Positions 1 to 8,714 of a stretch of 64,000 nucleotides of DNA are shown piece after piece. Location: positions 177,955-241,954 of the forward strand of contig JAAZYP010000001.1 in the NCBI GenBank assembly GCA_014239585.1, in the 5' to 3' direction. Position numbers and translations under genes: made by a program. How positions within the stretch are numbered: position 1 is the first letter of the stretch; the number at the start of each line of letters is the position of its first letter. The DNA comes from Nanobdellota archaeon. Lineage in GTDB: Archaea; Nanobdellota; Nanobdellia; UBA10117; ARS21. The notes under the pieces were generated by a model. That model made no database searches. It saw only the letters and a list, made by a program, of their open reading frames with translations, and was not told the DNA's origin.

Positions 1-1279
1 CAATGAGCTGTTTAAGTATATCTTTGACTGACCCACGATATGGGACAATTCCTTCAACGCCTTCTGGAACAATATCGAACACATCTGAACGCATATTTTC
101 GCGTTCTCGCTTGCTCATATTTGCGCCATATCCTGCCATACCTCTAATAATTTTGGCACGTCTGCCATCTTTAATTAAGATCTCACCCGGACTTTCGTCA
201 GTTCCTGCTAAAACACTACCTAACATGACTGTGGATGCTCCTGCAGCTAAGGCTTTAGTTAAATCGCCTGATGTTCGAATTCCGCCATCTGCAATTACTG
301 GGACATCATATTTTTTAGCGATTGATGAACATTCCAAAACCGCAGTTAATTGTGGTATTCCTGCACCTGTAACTATTCGCGTTATACAAATTGATCCCGG
401 TCCAACTCCGACCTTTATTGCGTCGGCTCCTGCTTCTATCAAATCTTTAACTCCTTCACCAGTTGCAACATTCCCTGCAATAATATCTACTTTGAAATTT
501 TTCTTTATTGTTTGTAAAGTATTTATCGCCAAATCTGAATGTCCGTGCGCAATATCAATAACTATAACATCAACTCCTGCATCCACCAATGCTTTGGTTC
601 GTTCCAAGTAGTCTTTTACTCCGATCGCGGCGCCCACCAATAATTTTCCTTTTTTATCTAACGAAGCATTTGGACGATTGATACTATTCAGAATATCTTT
701 TGCCGTAATTAAACCCATTATTCTGTTTTCTGAATCAACTAGAGGTAATTTTTCAATTCGATATTTATCCAAAATATTTTTTGCATCTTCAATCGATGTA
801 TCTATTGTTCCAGTAATTATTTTTTCACGCGGAGTCATTATGTCTTTTGCAGATTTACCATTAACTTCAAATCGGATATCTCTTGAAGTAATAATTCCTT
901 GTAACTTCCCGTTTTCTGAAACAAGTAAACTATGAACTTTCTTTTTCTTCATCAAAAATTTAATTTCATCAAGTTTTGCCTCTAAACTAACTCGATAGGG
1001 GTTGTCTATCACTAAACTTTCTGCACGTTTTACGGTACTAACCATTTCAACCTGTTCTTCAATTGAATTAAATCGATGAATTATTCCTATTCCTCCATTT
1101 CGTGCCATTTCTATTGCCATTTCTGCCTCAGTTACAGTATCCATATTTGAACTTACAATTGGATAATTCAATTTAATATTTTTAGTCAACTTCGTGGAAA
1201 CTGAAATTGTTTTTCGAGAAGATACAGACGATTTTTTAGGGACCAATAAAACATCATCAAAAGTGATTCCGGATTTCAT
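1..1279 (-). CDS. guaB: IMP dehydrogenase with CBS domains (3' end runs off window)
   Basis: Not in ORF track. Minus-strand translation from ATG 1279: MKSGITFDDVLLVPK..., SSNMDTVTE, IAHGHS, KVGVGPGSICITRIVTGAGIPQ, IADGGIR. Confidence 0.96.
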   Translation of the reverse strand, partial: MKSGITFDDVLLVPKKSSVSSRKTISVSTKLTKNIKLNYPIVSSNMDTVTEAEMAIEMARNGGIGIIHRFNSIEEQVEMVSTVKRAESLVIDNPYRVSLEAKLDEIKFLMKKKKVHSLLVSENGKLQGIITSRDIRFEVNGKSAKDIMTPREKIITGTIDTSIEDAKNILDKYRIEKLPLVDSENRIMGLITAKDILNSINRPNASLDKKGKLLVGAAIGVKDYLERTKALVDAGVDVIVIDIAHGHSDLAINTLQTIKKNFKVDIIAGNVATGEGVKDLIEAGADAIKVGVGPGSICITRIVTGAGIPQLTAVLECSSIAKKYDVPVIADGGIRTSGDLTKALAAGASTVMLGSVLAGTDESPGEILIKDGRRAKIIRGMAGYGANMSKRERENMRSDVFDIVPEGVEGIVPYRGSVKDILKQLI

Positions 1280-1336
1280 TCCGTAATCTAAATCTTTATG
1301 AAATTTTATAAGTCTTTAGTAACGATATAGAACGCT

Positions 1337-1675
1337 ATGTCTATACGGATCGAATTAACTGCAGGTTTGGTTTCTAGATTAAGAACTAGATTGTCTGGGG
1401 AAAGAAATTCAGATATTATTTCAGTTATTAACAAAGCTTATGCTGAAAATAATAGTATCGATGAAATTCATGACTCAGTAAAAAATGGTTCAATCTATTA
1501 CACTAAACGTGGAACTCATGAAACACCTCATGCCGCAGAAACTTCTTTAGTGTCTATGGACGATAAACTATATTTATTTACAGATAGATTACTTGAACTT
1601 GAATCGGTGTTAGATTCGCCAACGCATAAGCGAATTGGTTCCAACTATAGCATCAAAGATCGAGATTGGGATTAA
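1337..1675 (+). CDS. hypothetical protein
   Basis: 112 aa ORF, TATA-like element upstream, no recognisable motif. Confidence 0.6.
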   Translation: MSIRIELTAGLVSRLRTRLSGERNSDIISVINKAYAENNSIDEIHDSVKNGSIYYTKRGTHETPHAAETSLVSMDDKLYLFTDRLLELESVLDSPTHKRIGSNYSIKDRDWD

Positions 1676-1705
1676 GTTTTTATATCAGATTTTTATTTTA
1701 GTAAT

Positions 1706-2440
1706 ATGAATGAACTTGGTGCTCTATTTTTGATTGGTTTTACCTTAGTATTTTTTATCAGTCTCAACGATATACGAAAAAGACAATTCAAAAATCTTAG
1801 AGACTATTTTATTATTGGTTCAATCGCAGCAATATTTGACATAATTATCGAAGTAATCGGAACATTCAATGATCTTTGGACTTACAATGAATCAGTTTGG
1901 TTTTTGTTTGAAACCGTTCCAATTGAACTTCCATTAATGTTTTTCATGGCAGGAGTTCTCGGAAAATGGATACATGGAATTTCAAAACGAGTTAGATATA
2001 ATCTTCATCTAACTCTTATCTTCTTCAGTTTAACTCTAATCGGAATAATTCTTTATCTTCGATCTACTGTTCTTTTGGGAGTGAATGAAACTCTTCTTGT
2101 ATTTTCAATTCCTGCCGGATTGTGGGGATTACATATTATTAAATCTGAAATAGATAAAGCAAGCGTGTTGATTGTCGCACTATTTGTGGGAATTTTAGAT
2201 TATGTTACTGAAACATTAATTATTGGTGCAGGAAGTTATGATTATGCGATTGGATTCCAATTAACCACCCCACTAAATTATTTTTTACTAACTATCGCTG
2301 CTTTTGGATTAATGGAAAAGCTTGACGTCCTTGACAATGTTATGGATTATCCAATTATCAAACAAATTATTAGTACTGCTGGTATTAAACGAAAAGAATA
2401 TACTCAAAGAATTAAAAAAAGAATTACGCGGTTCAAGTAA
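1706..2440 (+). CDS. multi-pass membrane protein with internal repeat
   Basis: Several hydrophobic helices; repeated motif FDIIIEVIG..LWTY / LDYVTETLI..SYDY. Confidence 0.7.
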   Translation: MNELGALFLIGFTLVFFISLNDIRKRQFKNLRDYFIIGSIAAIFDIIIEVIGTFNDLWTYNESVWFLFETVPIELPLMFFMAGVLGKWIHGISKRVRYNLHLTLIFFSLTLIGIILYLRSTVLLGVNETLLVFSIPAGLWGLHIIKSEIDKASVLIVALFVGILDYVTETLIIGAGSYDYAIGFQLTTPLNYFLLTIAAFGLMEKLDVLDNVMDYPIIKQIISTAGIKRKEYTQRIKKRITRFK

Positions 2441-2777
2441 TATTTCCGCTTTCACCAGTTTCTAATGCATGAATTGAATCTTCAATAATTTCAGTTAAAC
2501 TTAACGCATTATATTCTGCGATAAAATGATTAATGGCTCTAACTGAAGCTAATAATTCTGGATCAATTGATGGTTCAATTAAAACTTTATGAGAATATCT
2601 GAACTCTTCAAAATCAGTTTTTCGATTTATTGCGCTAAAATCATGAGGACTAACTTCAAACTGATACTTATTGGACATGCATCTCAATCTTCCCGAAACA
2701 TATTCAATCGAATTTTCAATGATTCCCGTATCATAATTCTTCAAAAAATCTGAAATTTCACGTTCAATTTTGCCCAT
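2433..2777 (-). CDS. hypothetical protein
   Basis: ORF; start moved to ATG 2777 (MGKIERE) on TATA spacing. Confidence 0.55.
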   Translation of the reverse strand: MGKIEREISDFLKNYDTGIIENSIEYVSGRLRCMSNKYQFEVSPHDFSAINRKTDFEEFRYSHKVLIEPSIDPELLASVRAINHFIAEYNALSLTEIIEDSIHALETGESGNIT

Positions 2778-2905
2778 CCGGGGTAAACCAATACACCACA
2801 TACATAAAAGTATTATTGTAGAAAAGTGAATGTACGACGGCCATAGGTCGCCGTCAATTAAACTCCATCAACTAAGTTTATAAATTTTAGTTAATTAACA
2901 AATCA

Positions 2906-3499
2906 ATGGTAAAACAAATTAAACTTCCTTATGCTTATTCAGAGCTAGAACCTGTAATCGACACTGAAACCATGAAACTCCATTATGATAAACATCATGC
3001 GGGATATACTGCTAAAACTACAGCAACGTTGAAAGAGTTAAAAATCTCTGGCGAGGATCCGAAAGTCATTTTCGCCAATGCTTCCAAAAATAAATCTGTT
3101 CAAAACAATGGTGGCGGATGGTGGAATCACAATTTCTTTTTTGAATCTCTATCAAAACCTGATTCAGTAAAAATCTCAGCAAGTTTCAAAAAATTAATCG
3201 AATCAAATTTTGGTTCTTATGAAAACTTTGTTCAAGAATTCTCAAACGCCGCTGCAACTCAATTTGGATCCGGATGGGCGTGGCTTGGAAAAAAATCTGA
3301 CGGTTCATTGGAAATATATTCAACTAGGAATCAAGACAATTCTTACATGAACATCAATAAAATCTCATCAACGCCAATTTTATGTTTGGACGTTTGGGAA
3401 CACGCGTATTATTTACAGTACAACAATCGAAGACCAGACTACATTAAGAACTATTTCCGAGTAATCAACTGGGATTTAGTTGAGAAAAGATATCATTAA
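2906..3499 (+). CDS. sod: Fe/Mn superoxide dismutase
   Basis: LPYAYSELEP, HYDKHH, NHNFFF, FGSGWAWL, DVWEHAYY. Confidence 0.97.
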   Translation: MVKQIKLPYAYSELEPVIDTETMKLHYDKHHAGYTAKTTATLKELKISGEDPKVIFANASKNKSVQNNGGGWWNHNFFFESLSKPDSVKISASFKKLIESNFGSYENFVQEFSNAAATQFGSGWAWLGKKSDGSLEIYSTRNQDNSYMNINKISSTPILCLDVWEHAYYLQYNNRRPDYIKNYFRVINWDLVEKRYH

Positions 3500-3502
3500 T
3501 AA

Positions 3503-3515
3503 CGCCCCCACCGAG
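3503..3515 (-). repeat. 13 bp copy of tRNA-Glu 3' end (att-like direct repeat)
   Basis: cgcccccaccgag is identical at 3503-3515 and 4877-4889. Confidence 0.8.
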
Positions 3516-3587
3516 GGTTTACAGTTTTGTTCAACCCTCCGACATTAAGTAATGTCTAAGTGTATGATTACATTATATGATACATTG

Positions 3588-3616
3588 TTAAATACTTTAT
3601 CTTCTTACAAAGTTTA
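3588..3616 (+). repeat. 29 bp promoter-like repeat, copy 1
   Basis: ttaaatactttatcttcttacaaagttta; 26/29 identical to 4055-4083; ends 1 nt before ATG 3618. Confidence 0.8.
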
Positions 3617-3617
3617 T

Positions 3618-3995
3618 ATGAAATCTGTTTCAAGGAAAAAAAAGGAAATTGAAGATAAATGGATTCTATCTAAACTTAATACTCTTGGAATAGGTTCTTC
3701 GATATTATTCATAATCTTCTTTCTTTACAGAGTTTGGGAGTTTGGATTTCTTCGGATACCTGAGTTAGATATAAATTATTACTCTTTTACAAAATCAATG
3801 TTAGCTCTCCAAGAACAATTTGCAACGAAATTAATTATTTTTATTTTATTATTGTCATATTTCGTTTATGTTAGAAGAATGATATTAAATAAAAATTTAA
3901 AATTAAATATAATTCATAAAGCAATACATATTTTTAATATTGGTCTGGTAGGACTTTTGATGTTGACGTTGTTTGTTGTTGTTAATTTAACATGA
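3618..3995 (+). CDS. hypothetical membrane protein
   Basis: About three hydrophobic segments; start set at ATG 3618 after TATA-containing repeat. Confidence 0.65.
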   Translation: MKSVSRKKKEIEDKWILSKLNTLGIGSSILFIIFFLYRVWEFGFLRIPELDINYYSFTKSMLALQEQFATKLIIFILLLSYFVYVRRMILNKNLKLNIIHKAIHIFNIGLVGLLMLTLFVVVNLT

Positions 3996-4054
3996 TTATC
4001 TGAAATATAGTCTAAAGTTCCTACAATTCTATAGCTGAAGTCAAAAAATAACAA

Positions 4055-4083
4055 TTAAATACCTCGTCTTCTTACAAAGTTTA
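4055..4083 (+). repeat. 29 bp promoter-like repeat, copy 2
   Basis: ttaaatacctcgtcttcttacaaagttta. Confidence 0.8.
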
Positions 4084-4133
4084 GTTAAGGAAAGAGGATA
4101 AGATTTAATAAATATCAACTTTAATAATGACTT

Positions 4134-4442
4134 ATGAGCTTGGGCGATACCTCGATAAAATTTATTGAATATTTGTTGGGCTTTTTGGGGTTATTAGTTC
4201 TTTTAATTATACCGCGATTTTTTGTTACACCGTATACCACATCAGGAATAAATCCAATTTACATTATAATTTCAATTATTGCATTATTCATCTTAACTAA
4301 CTCAGAAGAAAAATATCCTCTAAACTTTCATAGAATTAATATATACAATGTTATGAAAATAAGTTTAGTTTATTGGATTGTATTAGCAATATTAGTGTGG
4401 GTTAGTTTATTACTTCTAAATTATTTGGGAGTGTTTGTATGA
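4134..4442 (+). CDS. hypothetical membrane protein
   Basis: 102 aa, about three TM segments. Confidence 0.65.
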   Translation: MSLGDTSIKFIEYLLGFLGLLVLLIIPRFFVTPYTTSGINPIYIIISIIALFILTNSEEKYPLNFHRINIYNVMKISLVYWIVLAILVWVSLLLLNYLGVFV

Positions 4443-4813
4443 AAATTAGAAAGCTATTTTTTGAATCTATTTTAACTATTATTCTTTTTTTCGTAATACT
4501 TGTTTTATTTAATTTAACAGTAGCTCCAATTTTGAATTTTTTAAACTCAATTCTTCCTGCGATTCAAATATATCCCGGAAATGTCATCACATTCGCCTTC
4601 CCTCTAATTGCTTATTTAATTTTTAAGTATTCAATGCGATTTGAGAATGAAAATAAATTAAATTTAGTTAAAACAATTTCATTGGCATTTTTGTTCAGTA
4701 TTGTAACTTCGTTAGAATCAATAGAGTCAGCCAAAGTAATAAAGGCAAGTTTAATTCTGGCTTCAGGTATTATTATTACATTTATTTATATGTTTAGAAC
4801 CGATAAATTCTAA
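4439..4813 (+). CDS. hypothetical membrane protein
   Basis: 124 aa, about four TM segments, ATGA overlap with upstream ORF. Confidence 0.65.
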   Translation: MKIRKLFFESILTIILFFVILVLFNLTVAPILNFLNSILPAIQIYPGNVITFAFPLIAYLIFKYSMRFENENKLNLVKTISLAFLFSIVTSLESIESAKVIKASLILASGIIITFIYMFRTDKF

Positions 4814-4876
4814 GAATCACTTACGTCAGTTTGAACGTTTTTGAAAAGATGTTAGTACTGTGGACAGTCAGTTAAG

Positions 4877-4951
4877 CGCCCCCACCGAGATTTGAACTCG
4901 GGTCGCCAGATTGAGAATCTGGAATGATTGACCTAACTACACTATAGGGGC
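4877..4951 (-). tRNA. tRNA-Glu(CTC)
   Basis: Cloverleaf GCCCCTA...TGGGGGC-G; anticodon arm CCAGA-TTCTCAA-TCTGG; T loop TTCAAAT. Confidence 0.95.
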
Positions 4952-5018
4952 GTGGCTTGGGATTTTATTTTTAGTTTAAAAACTTAACTTTTATAAGATT
5001 GGATTATTAGATTTGAAC

Positions 5019-6179
5019 ATGACAAAAATCTACAATTATGCGATTGATTTAGATGAAAATACGAAAGAACAATTCGATGCTTGTTGTAATCAGGATTTTG
5101 TTGAAAGGGCGGCTTTAATGCCAGATGCTCATTCAGGTTATGTTGCTCCGATTGGTTCGGTGTTTTTAACAAAAGATTATGTTGTTCCATCGTGGGTTGG
5201 ATATGATATTGGTTGTGGAATGACTGCAATTAAATTGAATATTGATCCGAAAGATATCAAGAAAAATTCTGAAAAAATTTACAACAAAGTTATGAATATT
5301 GTTCCGATGGGAAAAGGTAGATATAATCATCCGAAGGATATTTCAGATAAAACTCGTAAAGATTTTAGAAAACTTTTAGAAAAATTTGGAGAAGGTCCAC
5401 ATGATAAGGATATTTATAAGTTTATAAAAAATAAATCGCTTTCACATTTAGGAACTCTTGGTTCAGGAAATCATTTTTTAGAAATTTGTACTGACAGAAA
5501 AGAATCTTGGATTGTAGTTCATTCCGGTTCTCGAGGAATTGGATTTAAAGTTGCCAAGAAATATATGAAAAAAGTTTCTAATAAAGATAAAGGCTATGAA
5601 GCAACATTTCCAATAAAGGTTAATTCGAAATTGGGAAAAGAATATTTGAATGTTTTAGATTTTGGATTAGAATTTGCATTAATAAATAGAATGGAAATGA
5701 TTTACAAAACAATTAGTGTTCTGGAAGAAATTTTTGGTGAACAAAAATATGAAGTTTGGGTAAATAAAAATCATAATCATGCTATTTCCAAAGGTAAAAA
5801 ATGGATTCATCGAAAAGGTGCAACTCCTGCAATGAAGAATGAACGGGGAGTTATTCCTGCAAATATGCGAGACGGATCTTATTTAGTTGAAGGTAAAGGA
5901 AATTCGGAATTTTTATGGAGTTCTTCTCACGGTGCGGGACGAAGTTTATCTCGAACAGATGCTAAAAAGAAAATATCGATGAATGAGTTTAAAGATTCTA
6001 TGAAAGGAATCGTTGGAACTATCGATCAAGGAACTTTAGATGAAGCACCGATGGCTTATAAAAAAATTTCTCGAGTTATGGCTGCACAAAAAAATAGTGT
6101 TAAGGTGATTAAGCATTTGAAACCAATCATAAACATGAAGGGTTCAAGTTTTAGAAAATCTGAAGAAAAACATCATTAA
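5019..6179 (+). CDS. rtcB: RtcB family RNA ligase
   Basis: MPDAH, GYDIGCG, GTLGSGNHF, HSGSRG, HRKGAT, SHGAGR, DEAPMAYK. Confidence 0.96.
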   Translation: MTKIYNYAIDLDENTKEQFDACCNQDFVERAALMPDAHSGYVAPIGSVFLTKDYVVPSWVGYDIGCGMTAIKLNIDPKDIKKNSEKIYNKVMNIVPMGKGRYNHPKDISDKTRKDFRKLLEKFGEGPHDKDIYKFIKNKSLSHLGTLGSGNHFLEICTDRKESWIVVHSGSRGIGFKVAKKYMKKVSNKDKGYEATFPIKVNSKLGKEYLNVLDFGLEFALINRMEMIYKTISVLEEIFGEQKYEVWVNKNHNHAISKGKKWIHRKGATPAMKNERGVIPANMRDGSYLVEGKGNSEFLWSSSHGAGRSLSRTDAKKKISMNEFKDSMKGIVGTIDQGTLDEAPMAYKKISRVMAAQKNSVKVIKHLKPIINMKGSSFRKSEEKHH

Positions 6180-6847
6180 CGTCTAGGTTCTTCAACTGCA
6201 CTCGCCAAATCTGAAAATACAAAAGGTAGTGATCTTTCCGGTTCAGCAAAATAAGAACGAACTACTTCTTCTGCAAAACCCTCGTGATCTAATAAAAATA
6301 ATTCTGTATATCCGTCTCTAAAAGCATTCCATCCTGTTTGATAATCTGAAGCAAAATAAATTGCATCGATTATTGGATCATTTTCTTTAAGATTATAATT
6401 TTCTGACTCATCAAATGTTAAATCCATTCCGATTTCGCTAACTGAATATTTTTTGAGTAAATTTTGGAGTAAACTACTTGCTTTTTTCTCAAATTTTTTT
6501 GTTTTATTCATTAAATTTGTTGAATATATTTCTAAATGATCCATTGCATCAACTGCTAGTTCTTCCGAAAAATATTCTCCGATTCGATTAGATATTTGAG
6601 ATGCTTGTAAATATTCAAATGCTTCCGGAACTTGATTTTTATTTGACGCCAAAATAAAAATTGGTGTAAATTCTTTACTAACATGATATATTGCTGAATC
6701 AACATATCCGATAAATTCAGGAGTTTCTAAACAAGGTTGTGAATCTTCACCTCGAAATTGGAACATATTTATCGGTTCGCCATTTAATTCTTCAGTCCCT
6801 AAAATTGCATCAAAATCTCTCAGAAAAAGGTCTTCAAGTACACCCAT
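6176..6847 (-). CDS. acidic hypothetical protein
   Basis: 223 aa ORF, no motif recognised. Confidence 0.65.
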   Translation of the reverse strand: MGVLEDLFLRDFDAILGTEELNGEPINMFQFRGEDSQPCLETPEFIGYVDSAIYHVSKEFTPIFILASNKNQVPEAFEYLQASQISNRIGEYFSEELAVDAMDHLEIYSTNLMNKTKKFEKKASSLLQNLLKKYSVSEIGMDLTFDESENYNLKENDPIIDAIYFASDYQTGWNAFRDGYTELFLLDHEGFAEEVVRSYFAEPERSLPFVFSDLASAVEEPRR

Positions 6848-6872
6848 CGGTTTAAAAGAGTATACTCCGGAC

Positions 6873-7271
6873 CTATTTAAAGTTTTGTATCTTCGTTGAG
6901 TGGTTTTTCGAAAAACCGCTAAACGAATCCACTATTAGAATTAGGATTAGTGCATGAATTGCAGTACATGTTGAACAGATTGTGTAGAGAACTGCTAATT
7001 CAATATAGATTAGATATGCAATTCCTGCCAGTCCCGCTATTGAAAGATATTTTCTATTAATTTTATTGGAAAACATATATGCTAAAAACCAAAGACTTCC
7101 GAAAAATCCAAGTGGAATTCCGAAGAATTCAGAATATTGACTTTTATTAACTATATCGCAACCACCGCCAGATAAACAAAATCCGTCGTCAGGTGCATAA
7201 TGTGATTGAACTGTTAGAAGTGAAAGAATGATTCCAATAATTGATAAAAAGTAAATAAATTTGCGTTTCAT
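6873..7271 (-). CDS. vitamin K epoxide reductase (VKOR) family protein
   Basis: Loop cysteines C-LSGGG-C, S.YS.FFGIP, active-site CSTC, four TM helices. Confidence 0.9.
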   Translation of the reverse strand: MKRKFIYFLSIIGIILSLLTVQSHYAPDDGFCLSGGGCDIVNKSQYSEFFGIPLGFFGSLWFLAYMFSNKINRKYLSIAGLAGIAYLIYIELAVLYTICSTCTAIHALILILIVDSFSGFSKNHSTKIQNFK

Positions 7272-7323
7272 AGGAAAAGTAAATGAATATACTTTTAAAA
7301 GACACCTAATTTAACCTAGCAAC

Positions 7324-7397
7324 GGGCCTGTAGCATAACTTGGATAGTGTAGCTGGTTTCGGCCCAGTTGGTCGGGGTTCAAATCCTCGCAGGCCCG
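7324..7397 (+). tRNA. tRNA-Arg(TCG)
   Basis: GGGCCTG...CAGGCCC-G; anticodon loop TTTCGGC. Confidence 0.93.
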
Positions 7398-7435
7398 TAC
7401 ACTATCCTTTTATAGAATTAATTAAATTTCAAATA

Positions 7436-7699
7436 ATGAGTAAAGAAGCGATAAATACCGGTCTTGCATTTAAAAGAACAGAACTTGCTCGGGATCGAAC
7501 AGCATTAGCAATGATTAGAACTTCTCTTGCTTTAATTCTGGCAGGAGTTGCATTTATTGGATTTTCAGATAAAGTATTGTGGTTTTATCCATCGGGAATA
7601 ATTGCAATATCTATCGGATTAATATTTTTATTTGTAACCGCCAAACATTTTTTCAAACAGAGTAATGAATTGAAAAATTTAATGGGAAAATCATTATAA
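7436..7699 (+). CDS. DUF202/YidH-like membrane protein
   Basis: RTELARDRTALAMIRTSL motif plus two TM helices; ORF-track N-terminus is the tRNA. Confidence 0.85.
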   Translation: MSKEAINTGLAFKRTELARDRTALAMIRTSLALILAGVAFIGFSDKVLWFYPSGIIAISIGLIFLFVTAKHFFKQSNELKNLMGKSL

Positions 7700-7721
7700 A
7701 TAAGATCTGTTTTAGATTAAT

Positions 7722-7940
7722 ATGGCATTAGGTTTCGAAGGAATTATTTTCTATGTGGTATTGCTTGACAGTGTCATGGCAAATATCATGGTTTGGTTCT
7801 CACCTAAATTATTAAAATGGTATACAACTTATTGGAGCAAATTTGCTAAAGATTTTCCTCCAGCTAAAGGTTGGTGTGCATACTATTTTGTATTAGTTGT
7901 TTGGATCGGATACGGATTGAATAGATTAGGAATAATTTAA
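7722..7940 (+). CDS. small membrane protein
   Basis: 72 aa, two hydrophobic segments. Confidence 0.65.
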   Translation: MALGFEGIIFYVVLLDSVMANIMVWFSPKLLKWYTTYWSKFAKDFPPAKGWCAYYFVLVVWIGYGLNRLGII

Positions 7941-7948
7941 GAATAGGA

Positions 7949-7967
7949 GAGGGCGCAAAGCACCCTC
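7949..7967 (-). terminator. GC-rich 3' hairpin
   Basis: Minus strand GAGGGTGC-TTT-GCGCCCTC preceded by T7; lies between convergent genes. Confidence 0.55.
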
Positions 7968-7982
7968 AAAAAAATAGCAGAT

Positions 7983-8105
7983 TTATATAATTACGAAACC
8001 GCAGCTATTGCAGAATACTTCATTATATCTACTAGTAGTTACAGCTCTATGTGCCTTATTGCACGATGTACAAACTAAACTTCTTATGTTTTCAAATAGG
8101 GTCAT
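7983..8105 (-). CDS. stand-alone TFIIB-type zinc-ribbon microprotein (40 aa)
   Basis: Not in ORF track. MTLFENIRSLVCTSCNKAHRAVTTSRYNEVFCNSCGFVII; CxxC...E.fCxxCG.vI. Confidence 0.75.
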   Translation of the reverse strand: MTLFENIRSLVCTSCNKAHRAVTTSRYNEVFCNSCGFVII

Positions 8106-8217
8106 GTTTATCACAAATATATATCTGAGTAGAGGTTTATTAAAATACTCACCAGAAAATGGAAGATTTTTCGATTATTTTAGTACATTTTTTATATTTA
8201 TGGAATAATATTCCATT

Positions 8218-8658
8218 ATGGTACTAGATTCGAAAGACGCAATAATTTTAGACATCTTGAAAAAAAATGCTAAAAAAACAACTCAACAAATTTCAAATGA
8301 AACCAATATCCCAATTACAACTGTTCATAACCGAATTAAAAAATTGGAAACTTCCGGAATTATTGAACGATATACTATTTGGATAAATCGAAAAAAACTT
8401 GGAAAAGGAATAAATGCTCGTCTTGCCGTAAAAGTCGGACGAGATGGCGATCAAGATGAAATTTGTTCAAAATTAGTCCATCATGAATCTGTAGTTGGAA
8501 CATATCAAGTCACGGGTGAAGACGACATTATTGTTAAATTGAATGTTCAAGATGTTGATGAATTACATTCGTTTATTATGAACGAAGTTCGATCAATAAA
8601 AGGTGTTGAAGGGACTAAAACATTGATCGTTTTGAAAGACTTTAGAAAGTGGAAATGA
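8218..8658 (+). CDS. Lrp/AsnC family transcriptional regulator
   Basis: LDSKDAIIL...TTVHNRIKKLETSGII HTH; VTGEDD RAM domain. Confidence 0.95.
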   Translation: MVLDSKDAIILDILKKNAKKTTQQISNETNIPITTVHNRIKKLETSGIIERYTIWINRKKLGKGINARLAVKVGRDGDQDEICSKLVHHESVVGTYQVTGEDDIIVKLNVQDVDELHSFIMNEVRSIKGVEGTKTLIVLKDFRKWK

Positions 8659-8714
8659 GGCTCCAGATAAGCTTTTTAAATTAAAACTACGATATATACT
8701 TATGGCAACAAAAG

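Larger units (their letters stand above)
3503..4889. mobile_element. putative tRNA-Glu-integrated mini-island remnant (no integrase)
   Basis: Bounded by 13 bp direct repeat of tRNA 3' end; contains three orphan membrane ORFs and an internal 29 bp repeat. Confidence 0.55.

Noticed and set aside
3..935. Plus-strand ORFs 3..611 and 678..935
   Set aside because: Antisense shadows of guaB on the minus strand.
3503..3543. Split-tRNA 3' half
   Set aside because: No T-loop consensus or anticodon-side sequence and no complementary partner half seen; an att-like repeat is the simpler explanation.
3541..3598. dif-like Xer site (GACATTAAGTAATGTC and ...CATTGTTAAAT)
   Set aside because: Only partial resemblance; no convincing 11-6-11 arms, and TTAAAT is explained as a TATA box.
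3588..4083. CRISPR array from the 29 bp repeat
   Set aside because: Only two copies, 467 bp apart with a gene between, and no cas genes.
7340..7435. ORF-track N-termini or ORFs overlapping tRNAs (also 31045, 32867, 35441, 37166, 57973)
   Set aside because: They translate tRNA sequence; not credible proteins.
8008..8208. 66 aa plus-strand ORF
   Set aside because: TTG start, no motif, antisense to the better-supported zinc-ribbon ORF.
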